Shown: positions 18,757-28,468, numbered from the stretch's first letter. The stretch: 51,993 bases of DNA from Verrucomicrobiota bacterium (GCA_038214755.1 JBBQRQ010000027.1:1-51993); one strand, 5' to 3'. Notes: a model not told the origin generated them from the sequence alone. Numbers and translations are program-made.

Positions 18757-19422
18757 TTAATCCAAAATCACTCGCGCGGCGGGCGCTTTGACGAAACTGA
18801 TTTCCCGCAGGTAAATCGGTTCCAACTTTTCGCCGGGGACGAATTTCGTTTTCGCGCAGGCAATTTTTCCCAGCATGGCGGCGTCGGGAAATAAATTTTC
18901 CGCCCCCGTAAAAAAAATCGCCGCTGCTGGCCCGGCCACCCGCTGGCCTTCTGCGATGCGGCGTTCCACTTCCGCGCGCGCGACGATACGAAGTGGTTCG
19001 ATTTCCCAGACGCCATTTTCTCCCAGTTCGTATCGAGCCCGGTAAAATTCGTTTCGCTGCGCATCGACGATCAAATCTGCGCTGCCACGAATTTCGTTTT
19101 CAAAAACCTGCGCGGCCAGACATTCGACGCTGCTAATCCCGAGAAGTTTTATTCCGCGCGCCAGTTGCCAGCCTTGCGCCAAGGCAATTGCCGCGCGAAT
19201 TCCAGTGTAGGAGCCGGGGCCAAGTCCAACTGCGATGCAATCAATTTCCTCCCGCTCCATCGCAGCCTGGCGCAAGGCCGATTCGGTCAACTGAAAAGCG
19301 TGAGTGGCGCGTCCGTTTTTTTCTTCGGCGTGTCCGCGTTGGAGCGAGGAGCCAGCGGCCAATTTTTCCACAATCGCGACGCTCCGTTGCTCGGAAGAAA
19401 ATTCAACGGCCAAAATCTTCAT
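18757..19422 (-). CDS. tsaB: tRNA threonylcarbamoyladenosine biosynthesis protein TsaB
   Basis: MKILAVEFSS, GLGPGSYTGIR, DAQRNEFY, EPIYLR; follows tsaE. Confidence 0.93.
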   Translation of the reverse strand: MKILAVEFSSEQRSVAIVEKLAAGSSLQRGHAEEKNGRATHAFQLTESALRQAAMEREEIDCIAVGLGPGSYTGIRAAIALAQGWQLARGIKLLGISSVECLAAQVFENEIRGSADLIVDAQRNEFYRARYELGENGVWEIEPLRIVARAEVERRIAEGQRVAGPAAAIFFTGAENLFPDAAMLGKIACAKTKFVPGEKLEPIYLREISFVKAPAARVILD

Positions 19423-19855
19423 AGGTAATTCCCCGCTCGGTCTCGTTGATGATTTCAATTTTGACGAGGCGAAAAAGCGCGATGGAATTTGAAAGTTCAG
19501 TTTTTAAATTTGAAATTCCCCAGCGGTCAATCCACTCCACCACCACCACGCCGCGCCCGTCGAAAAAATATTGGTTCAATCCCGCTCCGCTAATTTGTTC
19601 GCGAGTTTCCAATCGATACAGATCGAGATGAAACAGCGGCAAGCGTCCGCTGGAATATTCCTTGACCAAAGCGAATGTCGGCGAATGAATTCGTTCCACG
19701 ATGGCCAAACCGCGAGCGAGTCCTTTGACCAACTGCGTTTTGCCCGCGCCCAAATCGCCGGAGAGTCCGATCACCCAGCCGCTTTGGGCCGCGCGACCCC
19801 ATTCTTCGCCGAGCGATTCCGTCTCGGCTGGATTATGCGAAGTGAACGTAGCCAT
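19403..19855 (-). CDS. tsaE: tRNA threonylcarbamoyladenosine ATPase TsaE
   Basis: GDLGAGKT, SPTF, HLDLYRL, VEW motifs. Confidence 0.95.
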   Translation of the reverse strand: MATFTSHNPAETESLGEEWGRAAQSGWVIGLSGDLGAGKTQLVKGLARGLAIVERIHSPTFALVKEYSSGRLPLFHLDLYRLETREQISGAGLNQYFFDGRGVVVVEWIDRWGISNLKTELSNSIALFRLVKIEIINETERGITYEDFGR

Positions 19856-20765
19856 GAACGTGCAAAGGCCGGAGACCATTTTCGTCGCGAATTTGCAGGC
19901 CGGGTTTCGTGGAAATTTTTCCGATGCAACTCAACCGCACCTGCGGAAATTGCTTTTTCCACGAATCGATCAAGCCCACGGCGTCGCGACTGGTCACCGT
20001 AAAAAGCAGTTCAAAATCTTCGCCATCGGTCAACGCGGCAAGCAACGGAGGTTTGGCGGAAGACTCGGCGCGCGACTGCAATTTCGCAGCGCGGCTGATC
20101 GGAATCGCCGAAGCGAGAAGTTCAGCGCCGACGCCGCTGGCTTGCAAAAGATGGCGCAGATCGCCCGCCAGCCCGTCACTCACATCGATCATTGCGTGAA
20201 TGGAAAAGTTTTCCGTGAGCCAACGCGCTTCCTGCAAACGCGGCTGAAAATTAAAATGTTTTTCCGACAACGAACCGCCCAGTTCGCCCGTGACAAAAAT
20301 GGCGTCGCCCGGTTTCGCGCCGGAGCGAAGAACGCATTTTTTTTTGGAGACCGTCCCGAGCAACGCAATGGAAATCAAAATACGTTCGGGATTGGTGGTC
20401 GTTTCTCCGCCAACGATTGCGACCGCGTGTTCGGCCGCGAGTTGATTCATTCCGTCGTAAATTTTTTTCACAAATTCGACATCAAAATTTTTGGGCAACG
20501 CCAGCGTGACCAGCGCGGCTTTGGGCGTTCCGGCCATCGCGGCGATGTCGCTCAAGCAACGCGCCAGCGCTTTGCGTCCAATTTTTTCAGGAGACGTTGT
20601 CGCGCCGAAATGAATCCCTTCGACGACCGCATCCGTTTTGAACAAAATCCATTGGCCGGGAATTCCCAGGTCGAGCACCGCGCAGTCATCCCCTGCTCCA
20701 ACGACGACGGTTTTGTTGCCGGGCAGAGCGCGCGTCAGTTGGGCGATGAGTTCAAATTCGTTCAC
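19833..20765 (-). CDS. thiL: Thiamine-monophosphate kinase
   Basis: EFELI, GDDCA, SDIAAM, GGET, DVSDGL, GEDFELLF motifs. Confidence 0.95.
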   Translation of the reverse strand: MNEFELIAQLTRALPGNKTVVVGAGDDCAVLDLGIPGQWILFKTDAVVEGIHFGATTSPEKIGRKALARCLSDIAAMAGTPKAALVTLALPKNFDVEFVKKIYDGMNQLAAEHAVAIVGGETTTNPERILISIALLGTVSKKKCVLRSGAKPGDAIFVTGELGGSLSEKHFNFQPRLQEARWLTENFSIHAMIDVSDGLAGDLRHLLQASGVGAELLASAIPISRAAKLQSRAESSAKPPLLAALTDGEDFELLFTVTSRDAVGLIDSWKKQFPQVRLSCIGKISTKPGLQIRDENGLRPLHVHGYVHFA

Positions 20766-21496
20766 GTCGCTCGGAAGAAATGTTTATCCCAGAGGAGAAA
20801 AACAAAATTGATCGTATTGAAACAACTGTGGGCGAGGATCGGCGCGAGAAGAGTCCCGGTGTTTTCGTAAAGCAAAGTCAGGATCACAGCGAGAAAAACC
20901 AGCGACAAAAAAGCCGGCGCATTTTCGTGTGTCAACGCAAACAAAATGGAAGTGCCCCAAAGCGCGAGTTTAGGAAAGCCGGCGCGTTTGACGGTCGGAT
21001 AAATAATTCCGCGAAAAAGAAGTTCCTCGACGATGGGCGCTGCGATCAGGGCCAGTCCTGCCAGAAAAACCTGGTGCAAAGGGGACATGCCGCCTTTCTG
21101 AATTTCCCGAACGACTTGTTGTGGCTCTGGATGAAGATGGGTTGAAGTCATCAGCCTTGCGGTCAGTTGTTGCAACGCCCGCGCCACCGGCAAAACAAGA
21201 ACCGCCGCCATGACAGCCAAAACTACCGCGCGGCCTCGTCGAGGTGAAGTAAACCCAAACGTGTCGCGCCAGGAGAGATTTTCCGCTTTCAAAAAAGAGT
21301 TGATCCAGAACAGCGCCGCGCCGTGAAAAGCCAGAGCAATGATGACCATGCCGGCGAGTTTGGTTTGGCTTTCGGACCAGCCCATATTCAAATGCGGCAA
21401 CGACGCGACGAGCAAGATTCCAATCGACCACGTCGCGAAAACTCGAAGGAGCAAGCGGACGGCTGATTCGGTTTTCCAAATTTTCTCCGGCAACAT
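20762..21496 (-). CDS. CPBP family intramembrane metalloprotease (CAAX/Abi)
   Basis: EELLFRG, FALTH, HSCFN motifs. Confidence 0.9.
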   Translation of the reverse strand: MLPEKIWKTESAVRLLLRVFATWSIGILLVASLPHLNMGWSESQTKLAGMVIIALAFHGAALFWINSFLKAENLSWRDTFGFTSPRRGRAVVLAVMAAVLVLPVARALQQLTARLMTSTHLHPEPQQVVREIQKGGMSPLHQVFLAGLALIAAPIVEELLFRGIIYPTVKRAGFPKLALWGTSILFALTHENAPAFLSLVFLAVILTLLYENTGTLLAPILAHSCFNTINFVFLLWDKHFFRAT

Positions 21497-21566
21497 GGCG
21501 GGAAGTTAAAGTTCGAGTTTTCAAACTTCAAAGTTATTTCGGAGTTGAAATGCACGAAGGATTTTT

Positions 21567-21651
21567 AACCACGGAGGCACAGAGACACATAGAAAGCGAG
21601 TTAATGAATTTATTTTTTCCTCTCTCTCTGTGCCTCCGTGCCTCTGTGGTT
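21567..21651. repeat. Inverted repeat built of 9-mer units (AACCACGGAGGCACAGAGACAC...CTCTGTGCCTCCGTGCCTCTGTGGTT)
   Basis: Related copy at 28951-29016. Confidence 0.75.
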
Positions 21652-21739
21652 TTTCCTTTCGCAAAAGGGAAATTACCCCTTGCTTCCGCAAAACTCGTTC
21701 CCTATATTGCGCGCTCTTTTTAAGAGAAAGACGAAATTT

Positions 21740-21949
21740 ATGCGACGACCCAAAGGGATAAAAACCAGAAAAGCGGTGGCAAAACGTTTTAAAATTACCG
21801 GCACCGGAAAAGTCATGCGCTCGCGCGCGGGCAAACGCCATTTGCTCCAGGGTAAAAGCTCCAAACGCCGTCGCAGCCTCGGCACGTCGAAGCAACTCGA
21901 TAAAACCGATACCTATCGCATTCTGCAAAATTTGCCGTTCAGCCATTGA
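21740..21949 (+). CDS. rpmI: 50S ribosomal protein L35
   Basis: KTRKAVAKRFKITGTGKV...KRHLL; adjacent to rplT. Confidence 0.96.
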   Translation: MRRPKGIKTRKAVAKRFKITGTGKVMRSRAGKRHLLQGKSSKRRRSLGTSKQLDKTDTYRILQNLPFSH

Positions 21950-21995
21950 ACCGATTCACGATTTAACTCTTTGACCATTTAACGATTTACAAGTC

Positions 21996-22376
21996 ATGCG
22001 TGTCACCAATTCTCCCGCCTCCCGAAAACGTCGCATCCGCACGATCAAAGCTGCCAAGGGCTTTCGGCTGCGTCGCTCCAAACTTTATCGCTACGCCGCC
22101 GATGCGCTCGATCACGGACGTCAATACGCCTTTCGTGATCGCAAAACCAAGAAGCGAAATTTCCGCGCGCTTTGGCAAATCCGCATCAACGCCGCTGCTC
22201 GCGCCGCCGGCATCACCTACAGCCGTTTCATGGAAGGCTTGAAAGCCGCCAACTGTCCGCTCGACCGAAAAGTTTTGGCGGACCTCGCAGCGACGGATAG
22301 CGCGGCATTTCTGGAATTGGTTCGACTCGCGCAAAATGCTTTGAAGACCAAAGCGCCGAAAACCGCGAAGGCTTGA
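21996..22376 (+). CDS. rplT: 50S ribosomal protein L20
   Basis: AKGF, YAFRDRKTKKRNFRALWQIRINAAAR, DRKVLADLA. Confidence 0.97.
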   Translation: MRVTNSPASRKRRIRTIKAAKGFRLRRSKLYRYAADALDHGRQYAFRDRKTKKRNFRALWQIRINAAARAAGITYSRFMEGLKAANCPLDRKVLADLAATDSAAFLELVRLAQNALKTKAPKTAKA

Positions 22377-22408
22377 GTTTCGCATTTCGAGTTAAATTCA
22401 GAATTTTA

Positions 22409-22442
22409 AAAGAGGCGGCCAGTCAATTGGCCGCCTTTTTCA
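22409..22442 (+). terminator. Intrinsic terminator after rplT
   Basis: AGGCGGCCA-GTCAAT-TGGCCGCCT followed by a T run. Confidence 0.75.
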
Positions 22443-22525
22443 TTTGCTGAAACGAATCAACAAATTGATTTGCCTGACCGGGCAGACCAGTTACAACCCA
22501 ATCGTTTTTTCATCGGCAAATAATT

Positions 22526-23893
22526 ATGGAAGGAACAATAAAAATTGCGTTGATCGGCGCGGGAATGTTCGGCGGGGATGTTCATGCGCGCGCGTATGCC
22601 GATCTGCAACGCGCGGGAATTTCTTCGCAACTCGGGCGCGTCGGGCTGGACAAATGGACACGGGATTTTGCGCCGATCCAGTTTGAATTGGTCGCGGTGG
22701 CCACGCGGTCAGAGAAATCGGCGCGGCGGGCGGTGAAGAATTATAAAGAGATGATTTCGGAGACCCGCGTTCCACAAGGCTCTCTCGGTTCGGAGGGACG
22801 CGCTTCGCAAGTCCCTAATTCTTCTAACGAAAGTGGGACTTGCGGAGCGCGTCCCTCCGAACCAAAAGCGTATTTCGGCGCGACGCCGTGGGTCGACGTG
22901 TTGCGCGATTTTCCTGACCTCGATGTGATGGCGGTCGCCACGCCGGATAATTTGCACACCGAAGTTATTCTGGCGGCGCTCGAACGCGGGGTCCACGTCA
23001 TCACGGAGAAACCGATGTGCCTTTCGATTCACGAGGCTGACCAAATCATCGAACTTGCGCAAAAGAAAAATCGCGTCGTCGCTGTCGATATGCACAAGCG
23101 TTACGACCCCGATCATCTCCGCATTCGGGACGACATAAAAAATCGCATCGGCGCGCCACTTTACGGCACAGCTTATTTGGAGGAACCGCTCGAAGTTTCG
23201 ACGAGCACCTTCAAATGGGCCGAACAAAGTGATCCGTTCAGCTACGTCGGCCCGCATTGGACCGATTTGATTTACAGCTATTACAAAAGCAAACCGGTTT
23301 CACTCACGGCGGTCGGCCAGAAGAAACGTCTCGTGCGCGACGGCATCAATGCCTACGACGCCGTGCAAGTGCGCGTTGATTACGGGAACGGCATGAGCAT
23401 CAATTTCCACAACAACTGGATCACGCCTGCTGACTTTGAAGGTCCGGTGAATCAAGGCCACGAAATCGTCGGCACGGATGGCAAGGTGGAAAGCGACCAG
23501 CAATATCGCGGGTTCCGTTTCTGGAACAAAGGCGGCGGCTCGCGCACGAGCAACAATCATTTCACGCGCGAAGTTTTGCGTCCGGATGGAACGAAAGCTT
23601 ACGTCGGTTACGGCGTGGATAGTTTAACAGTCGGTCTCGCGGCGATTTGCCGGATGAAATTTTTCAGCGAATCCCGCGAACAAGTTTCAGAAATTTATCC
23701 CACAGCGGAAGAAGCGCGCATCACCGTCGCCATCGTTCACGCCGCCGCGATTGTGCGCGATTTGAACTTCAAATATTTGCAGGAAGGAAAAGGCTCACCC
23801 GTCACCGCGCGTTTCGGCAAAGATGGAATTACGATTGTCGATCCGAATCGAAGCGACGCGGTGTTTCAAAATATTTACGCAAGGCCAATTTGA
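22526..23893 (+). CDS. Gfo/Idh/MocA family oxidoreductase carrying an in-frame palindromic insert
   Basis: IGAGMFG, VATPDNLH, HVITEKP, HKRYDP motifs. Confidence 0.9.
   Translation: MEGTIKIALIGAGMFGGDVHARAYADLQRAGISSQLGRVGLDKWTRDFAPIQFELVAVATRSEKSARRAVKNYKEMISETRVPQGSLGSEGRASQVPNSSNESGTCGARPSEPKAYFGATPWVDVLRDFPDLDVMAVATPDNLHTEVILAALERGVHVITEKPMCLSIHEADQIIELAQKKNRVVAVDMHKRYDPDHLRIRDDIKNRIGAPLYGTAYLEEPLEVSTSTFKWAEQSDPFSYVGPHWTDLIYSYYKSKPVSLTAVGQKKRLVRDGINAYDAVQVRVDYGNGMSINFHNNWITPADFEGPVNQGHEIVGTDGKVESDQQYRGFRFWNKGGGSRTSNNHFTREVLRPDGTKAYVGYGVDSLTVGLAAICRMKFFSESREQVSEIYPTAEEARITVAIVHAAAIVRDLNFKYLQEGKGSPVTARFGKDGITIVDPNRSDAVFQNIYARPI
22787..22863. repeat. REP-like doublet inside the oxidoreductase CDS
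   Basis: GGTTCGGAGGGACGCGCTTCGCAAGTCCC / GGGACTTGCGGAGCGCGTCCCTCCGAACC, 29-bp arms with 1 mismatch. Confidence 0.85.
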
Positions 23894-23902
23894 GCATCGC
23901 CG

Positions 23903-23983
23903 GGGTAGCACCCGCGTCCCGGCAGGTGCGTAAGAAATCGGGTAAAAAATTCTTTTCGCACCCGCCGGAGACAGGCGCTACCC
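23903..23983. repeat. GTAG REP-like doublet (family C, GGGTAGCA...GTGCG / CGCACCCGCCGGAG...GCTACCC)
   Basis: Related copies at 27886-27915 and 35228-35314. Confidence 0.7.
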
Positions 23984-24091
23984 GGAGCATTGATTTGAGT
24001 GCTTATCTTCAAGGAGACTTCAGCCGAAAGAACTTCCGCTGAGCGCTGCTCCTTTTCTTACTTTCCCCCTTTCTCACTTTCTCAAGCAAAC

Positions 24092-25756
24092 TCACCACGG
24101 ATGTCGAATTCGCCACCAAATAAAAAATCCGTAAATGCTCAACACGATTCCCACAAAAAGCAGCCACCACACCCGCCAGTCCTGCCAACCCCGGTGACGC
24201 GCCTGAATGTCCGGCGGCAAGGTCAGGTAGGAACGATTCCAAATAATTCCTTTGATTTTATTTTCCGGCGGCGGCGCGGTCAGAAGCGAAACCACCAGCA
24301 TCACACTCATGCAAAAAATCCAGGCGGCGAGCGCGCGATGATTGAACGTGTTGTAATTGCCGAGCAGTTCAAATTGAGTGAGGACCCACGTGAAAGCAAA
24401 ACCGGCGATGATGGTCGCGACGGCGGCGGGCGCGTTGGCGCGTTTCCACAAAATGCCGAGAGTAAAAATGACGGCGAAAGGCGGAGCGATAAAGAAAAAC
24501 ACCGTCTGCATTTTTTCAAAGAGCGGTCGCGCGGTGTTGTTGGTAAATGAAATGGCCACCCAAATACTCGCAACCAAAATCACCACGCCACTCCACCGCC
24601 CGAAACGCACTTGCTGTTCCTCGGTTGCGTCGCGCTTAATCAACTTTTTGTAGAGGTCGAGCGTGACGATGGTCGAAGCGGAATTGAGCACGCTGGATAC
24701 GTGGCCCATTAGCGCGGCGGCCATTCCCGCGAGCAGCAGACCTTTCAATCCGGTGGGAATGAGTTGTTTGACGAGCACGAGGTAGGATTGATCTGGAAAT
24801 TCCAACTGCGGAAACATTTTGAAGGCGATGATTCCCGGCACGATAAAAAAGAATGGCATGATGATGTGCAAAAATCCCGCGCACACCACGCCGACGCGCG
24901 CGTGCCATTCGTCCTTCGCGCCAAGAACTCGTTGCACCATGTGCTGGCTCGTGCAGCTATACCAAATGCCGACCGAGAGAAATCCAGTGAAGACTCCAGT
25001 GAAGGGAAATGGCTTGTGCGTTGGCGGTTTGAAAATCTGAAAATGTTCAGGCTGCTCGCGGATGAATGCGCCAATGTCGTGGACGTGACGCAGCGCGAGG
25101 ATGGGAACCAGAAATCCGGCGATCAGAAGAATAATCATTTGTAAAAGATCGGTCCACGCCGCCGATTTCAATCCGCCGTAAATGGTGTAGAGACCCGTCG
25201 TGACCGCAAAGAAAACGATATACATGACCACGGGGGAAACGGGTTTGCCCAACCAGATAAGTTTCGGGATGACGCGCGAAAGTCCTTCACCAAAAAAACT
25301 GTCGAGCATAATTCCGCCGGAATAAAGCGCGCCCGCATTGATGGCCGCGACGAACCCGATGACCGACGCGATGGCAAAAATGTAGCGGCAAGTGGAATTG
25401 TAACGGCGCTCCAAAAATTCCGGCATGGTGTAAACGCCGGTCCGCACGTAGTAGGGCAGAAAAACCAGAATGAGCAGGCTGTAAATAATCCACGCGTTCC
25501 AATCGCCCGCCGCCAAAACGATGCCGTGCTTGTAGGCGCCGCCGACGTTGGAAATAAATTGTTCGCTGCTGATGTCCGCCGCGACCATTGAGGAGCCGAC
25601 GACGAACCACGGGATGGTTTTGTTGCCAAGGAAATAACCTTGCGTGGTGTTTTTTCCTTTGCGCGCCACCCAAAATCCGAGGCCGACGGTCGCAACCATG
25701 TAGAGGACAAAAATGGCGAGGTCTAAAATTTGCAGAGAGACGTGGCCGTTGGTCAT
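24092..25756 (-). CDS. Sodium:solute symporter (SSS family), probably sugar/polyol
   Basis: GYFLG, TMPEFLERRY, YTIYGGLKSAAWTD, QHMVQRVLGAK motifs; many TM helices. Confidence 0.92.
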   Translation of the reverse strand: MTNGHVSLQILDLAIFVLYMVATVGLGFWVARKGKNTTQGYFLGNKTIPWFVVGSSMVAADISSEQFISNVGGAYKHGIVLAAGDWNAWIIYSLLILVFLPYYVRTGVYTMPEFLERRYNSTCRYIFAIASVIGFVAAINAGALYSGGIMLDSFFGEGLSRVIPKLIWLGKPVSPVVMYIVFFAVTTGLYTIYGGLKSAAWTDLLQMIILLIAGFLVPILALRHVHDIGAFIREQPEHFQIFKPPTHKPFPFTGVFTGFLSVGIWYSCTSQHMVQRVLGAKDEWHARVGVVCAGFLHIIMPFFFIVPGIIAFKMFPQLEFPDQSYLVLVKQLIPTGLKGLLLAGMAAALMGHVSSVLNSASTIVTLDLYKKLIKRDATEEQQVRFGRWSGVVILVASIWVAISFTNNTARPLFEKMQTVFFFIAPPFAVIFTLGILWKRANAPAAVATIIAGFAFTWVLTQFELLGNYNTFNHRALAAWIFCMSVMLVVSLLTAPPPENKIKGIIWNRSYLTLPPDIQARHRGWQDWRVWWLLFVGIVLSIYGFFIWWRIRHPW

Positions 25757-25830
25757 CGCTGCCGAATGCAGTAGGGATTTTCCGCGGCGGCGTCAAGCGC
25801 GCGAGGGCGAGGGTTTCATGCGTTGGAGCC

Positions 25831-25894
25831 GTAGCCGCCGACGTAAGGAGGCGGTCTCAATCTCACGAATCCGCCTCCTCACGTCGACGGCTAC
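25831..25894. repeat. GTAG REP-like doublet family A
   Basis: GTAGCCGCCGACGTAAGGAGGCGG / CCGCCTCCTCACGTCGACGGCTAC. Confidence 0.85.
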
Positions 25895-25908
25895 GCACGC
25901 GATCAGAA

Positions 25909-26898
25909 CTATTTCGATTTCAATTGCACCGGCTCAGTTTGTTTTGTCGCGACTTGTTTTGTGCGAAGCCCTCGCAAGAGATGGTTCTTCAAACTCTCCT
26001 CAAATAAATCGCGATTGATCGCCTGTGCCGCCGTCGCTCCGTCGCCCGCGGCAATGATCATCTGGCAATTCGCGGGAGTGACGCACCCCGCCGCGTATAA
26101 ACCGGGAACGGAAGTTTTCATGCAGCTATCGACCACGATTTGCCCGGCGGCATCTATTTTTGCGCCCAGCGCTTTTCCCAATTTATTGTGAAAAATATCT
26201 CCGCGCGTGGTGAACAGCGCATCGACTTCCACGCAGCGGCCATCTTCAAAAGTGAGAGATTTTAAAAAACCTTTTTTATGTTTCACGCCGGAAATCCGCG
26301 AGCGATAAACCGGAATCTCATACTCAGAAATCCACTCGGCGTGTTGTTTGTCCCAGGATGGTTTTTTTCCGTTGGTGGCAATGACCAGACAGCCGGCGTA
26401 ACAAAGCATTCCGAGGGCGTATTCGACGGCCTCGTTACTTTGTCCGACAATGGCGATTTGTTTATCCTGGTTTCGGTAGCCGTCGCAATCTTTGCAAAAA
26501 AACATGCTATGACCGAGGCACTTTTTCACATGCGGAATATCTGGTGGAATGTGCGAAACACCCGTCGCAAGCAAAACGCGTTTGGCGCGATAGCTTGATT
26601 TTTGTCCGCGCAGAAAGAAATGGTTGCGATTTCTGCGTGCGCCAGAAATTTCATCCTGCGCCATTTTGGATTTATATTTCTTGGCGTGAACCTGCCCGCG
26701 TTTGATTAATTCTTCGCCAGAAATTCCAGCGGGAAATCCAAAATAGTTTTGCACCTCGGGTTCCCACAGCGCGAGCGACTTGCCGGAATCGATCACCAAA
26801 ACACTGCGCATCGCCCGTCCGAGGTAGAGGGCTGCGGAAAGTCCCGCGCAACCTCCGCCGACGACAATCACGTCCCAAATTTTTTTCTTTCGTTTCAT
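25909..26898 (-). CDS. Thioredoxin reductase-like FAD-dependent oxidoreductase
   Basis: VVGGGCAGLSAA, LATG, CKDCDG, TSVPGLYAAG motifs. Confidence 0.88.
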   Translation of the reverse strand: MKRKKKIWDVIVVGGGCAGLSAALYLGRAMRSVLVIDSGKSLALWEPEVQNYFGFPAGISGEELIKRGQVHAKKYKSKMAQDEISGARRNRNHFFLRGQKSSYRAKRVLLATGVSHIPPDIPHVKKCLGHSMFFCKDCDGYRNQDKQIAIVGQSNEAVEYALGMLCYAGCLVIATNGKKPSWDKQHAEWISEYEIPVYRSRISGVKHKKGFLKSLTFEDGRCVEVDALFTTRGDIFHNKLGKALGAKIDAAGQIVVDSCMKTSVPGLYAAGCVTPANCQMIIAAGDGATAAQAINRDLFEESLKNHLLRGLRTKQVATKQTEPVQLKSK

Positions 26899-26922
26899 TG
26901 GTTCGTCGTGCTGCTGAAAGTC

Positions 26923-27030
26923 GTAGCGCAGGTTTTTAACCTGCCGTATCGCGGGTTTGCAACCCGCTGGATGTCGCGACGCCCAGCCGGTTGCAAACCG
27001 GCGATACAGCAGCGTGCAAAGCTGCGCTAC
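26923..27030. repeat. GTAG REP-like doublet family B (intact)
   Basis: GTAGCGCAGG...TATCGCGGGTTTGCAACCCGCTGG / CCAGCCGGTTGCAAACCGGCGATA...GCTGCGCTAC. Confidence 0.8.
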
Positions 27031-27052
27031 GACTCATGCGAAATCCGGGTTT

Positions 27053-27109
27053 AAAAAAAGTCCGGCAATCCTCTTCCGTGGTCGCGCCGTGAAGAGAAAT
27101 TGCCGGACT
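27053..27109 (-). terminator. Probable terminator of yciF
   Basis: Hairpin AGTCCGGCAAT...ATTGCCGGACT with an A7 run on the + strand (U tract on the - strand). Confidence 0.6.
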
Positions 27110-27134
27110 GAGCAACAATAAGGATCGTGTCGAA

Positions 27135-27698
27135 TTATTTGCTTCGACCCGATTTCCTGGAAGAGGAAGAAGAAGTTTTCTCCTCTTCGTCTTCTTCGGA
27201 CTCACCACCTTGTTCGGCCTCCACGTTGATCGTGCTCTCCGCGATGTCCGTCAAAGTTTCGTCCGCTTCTTTTTCCTCGTCGAGCGTTTGTCCGAGCAGA
27301 TCAGCGTCTTCCTCGCGTCCGAGCAACTTCGCAAACGTCGCCAGTGTTCCGTAAACGGCGATTTCGTAATGCTCCACCCGTTGGGCTGCTGCGATCAATG
27401 CGGCGTCCAACACATGTTCGGCGATCTCTTCGTCCATCGTATCGTTGGCTTCTTCAATCAATCCTTCCATCGCCTTGCATTTTTTCCCTTTCGGCGATTC
27501 ACCGAGGCTTTCAAAGATTTGATTGAGCCGTTCGACATGTTCCCGCGTTTGTTCCAGATGATCTTCGAAAGCGGTGCGCAACTCATCGGAGTTGGCCGCA
27601 GCCGCGACTTTGGGCAACGCTTTGACCAATTGAGTCTCGGCGTTGTGCAGATCACGAAGTTCCTCGATGTAAAGATCCTGGAGTGTGTTGATTTTCAT
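27135..27698 (-). CDS. yciF: YciF/DUF892 ferritin-like stress protein
   Basis: ELRDLHNAE, HLEQTREH, CKAMEGLIEE, AQRVEHYEIA, EEKEAD motifs. Confidence 0.92.
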   Translation of the reverse strand: MKINTLQDLYIEELRDLHNAETQLVKALPKVAAAANSDELRTAFEDHLEQTREHVERLNQIFESLGESPKGKKCKAMEGLIEEANDTMDEEIAEHVLDAALIAAAQRVEHYEIAVYGTLATFAKLLGREEDADLLGQTLDEEKEADETLTDIAESTINVEAEQGGESEEDEEEKTSSSSSRKSGRSK

Positions 27699-27871
27699 AA
27701 GCTGTTTCCTTTTTTTTAATTTGTTTTCGTTTACGCGAAAAACTATCCGTGCGCGAAAAATTTACTCAATCCGAGGTATCCCCCTTTTTCGAGTCAACTT
27801 TTTCCGAAAGAAAGTATCAGGGTAAAAATCACAGAAGGCGCGACGGCGATTAAAAGCGCCGACCCCTTCGA

Positions 27872-28468
27872 CTATTGCTCCGACTGGGTAGCATCTGCCT
27901 CTGGCGGGTGCGAAATGAACGCAGCTTTTCTGCGAAAAAGTTCGTAATGAAACAAAGCGGCCACGACCAGCGAATGCAGAATCTTCCCCGATAAAACCAA
28001 TTCGAGAATTTGCGCAACTGGAACCAGCCGAGTCAAAATATCTTCGCTGCCGTCAAATTTTATCTCGTGTCTGGCGCGACAATTTTCTACCAGCACCGTG
28101 AAGCAGGTGTTGCCCATGATCGCCGGATTGGGAAAAACTTTCCCGATGATCCTGGCATGTTCGCCTTCGTAACCCGTCTCTTCGCGCAACTCGCGAGTCG
28201 CCGTTTCCACCGCGGAAGCATCGGTCGAATCCATCATGCCGCCCGGAATTTCGAGTTCGACCGTATTCGAGCCGTGTCGAAATTGTTCCACCATAACCAA
28301 TTCATTTTCCAGCGTGACCGCTATGACATTCACCCAGTTGACCGAATCAAGGACGAAGAAATCGTGTTGCTTTCCGGTGCGGGGCGAAATTTTTAAATCC
28401 GAACGGAGAGTGAAAATGCGGAAGTCGCCGATCTGTTTCGTCGAAATTTTTTTCCACGGCTCGATCAT
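27872..28468 (-). CDS. NUDIX hydrolase (ADP-ribose pyrophosphatase-like)
   Basis: QFRHG...LEIPGG...RELREETG Nudix box; last codons overlap a REP half at 27886-27915. Confidence 0.9.
   Translation of the reverse strand: MIEPWKKISTKQIGDFRIFTLRSDLKISPRTGKQHDFFVLDSVNWVNVIAVTLENELVMVEQFRHGSNTVELEIPGGMMDSTDASAVETATRELREETGYEGEHARIIGKVFPNPAIMGNTCFTVLVENCRARHEIKFDGSEDILTRLVPVAQILELVLSGKILHSLVVAALFHYELFRRKAAFISHPPEADATQSEQ

Noticed and set aside
21740..22376. rpmI-rplT without upstream infC or downstream pheS
   Set aside because: This operon is often broken up in bacteria, so it is not informative alone.
18672..23990. 5-6 bp direct repeats near some REP doublets (GTTTCG at 18672/18750, GAGCAT at 23892/23985, GATTC at 3266/3533) as target duplications
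   Set aside because: Length and spacing are inconsistent and they are absent at other copies.
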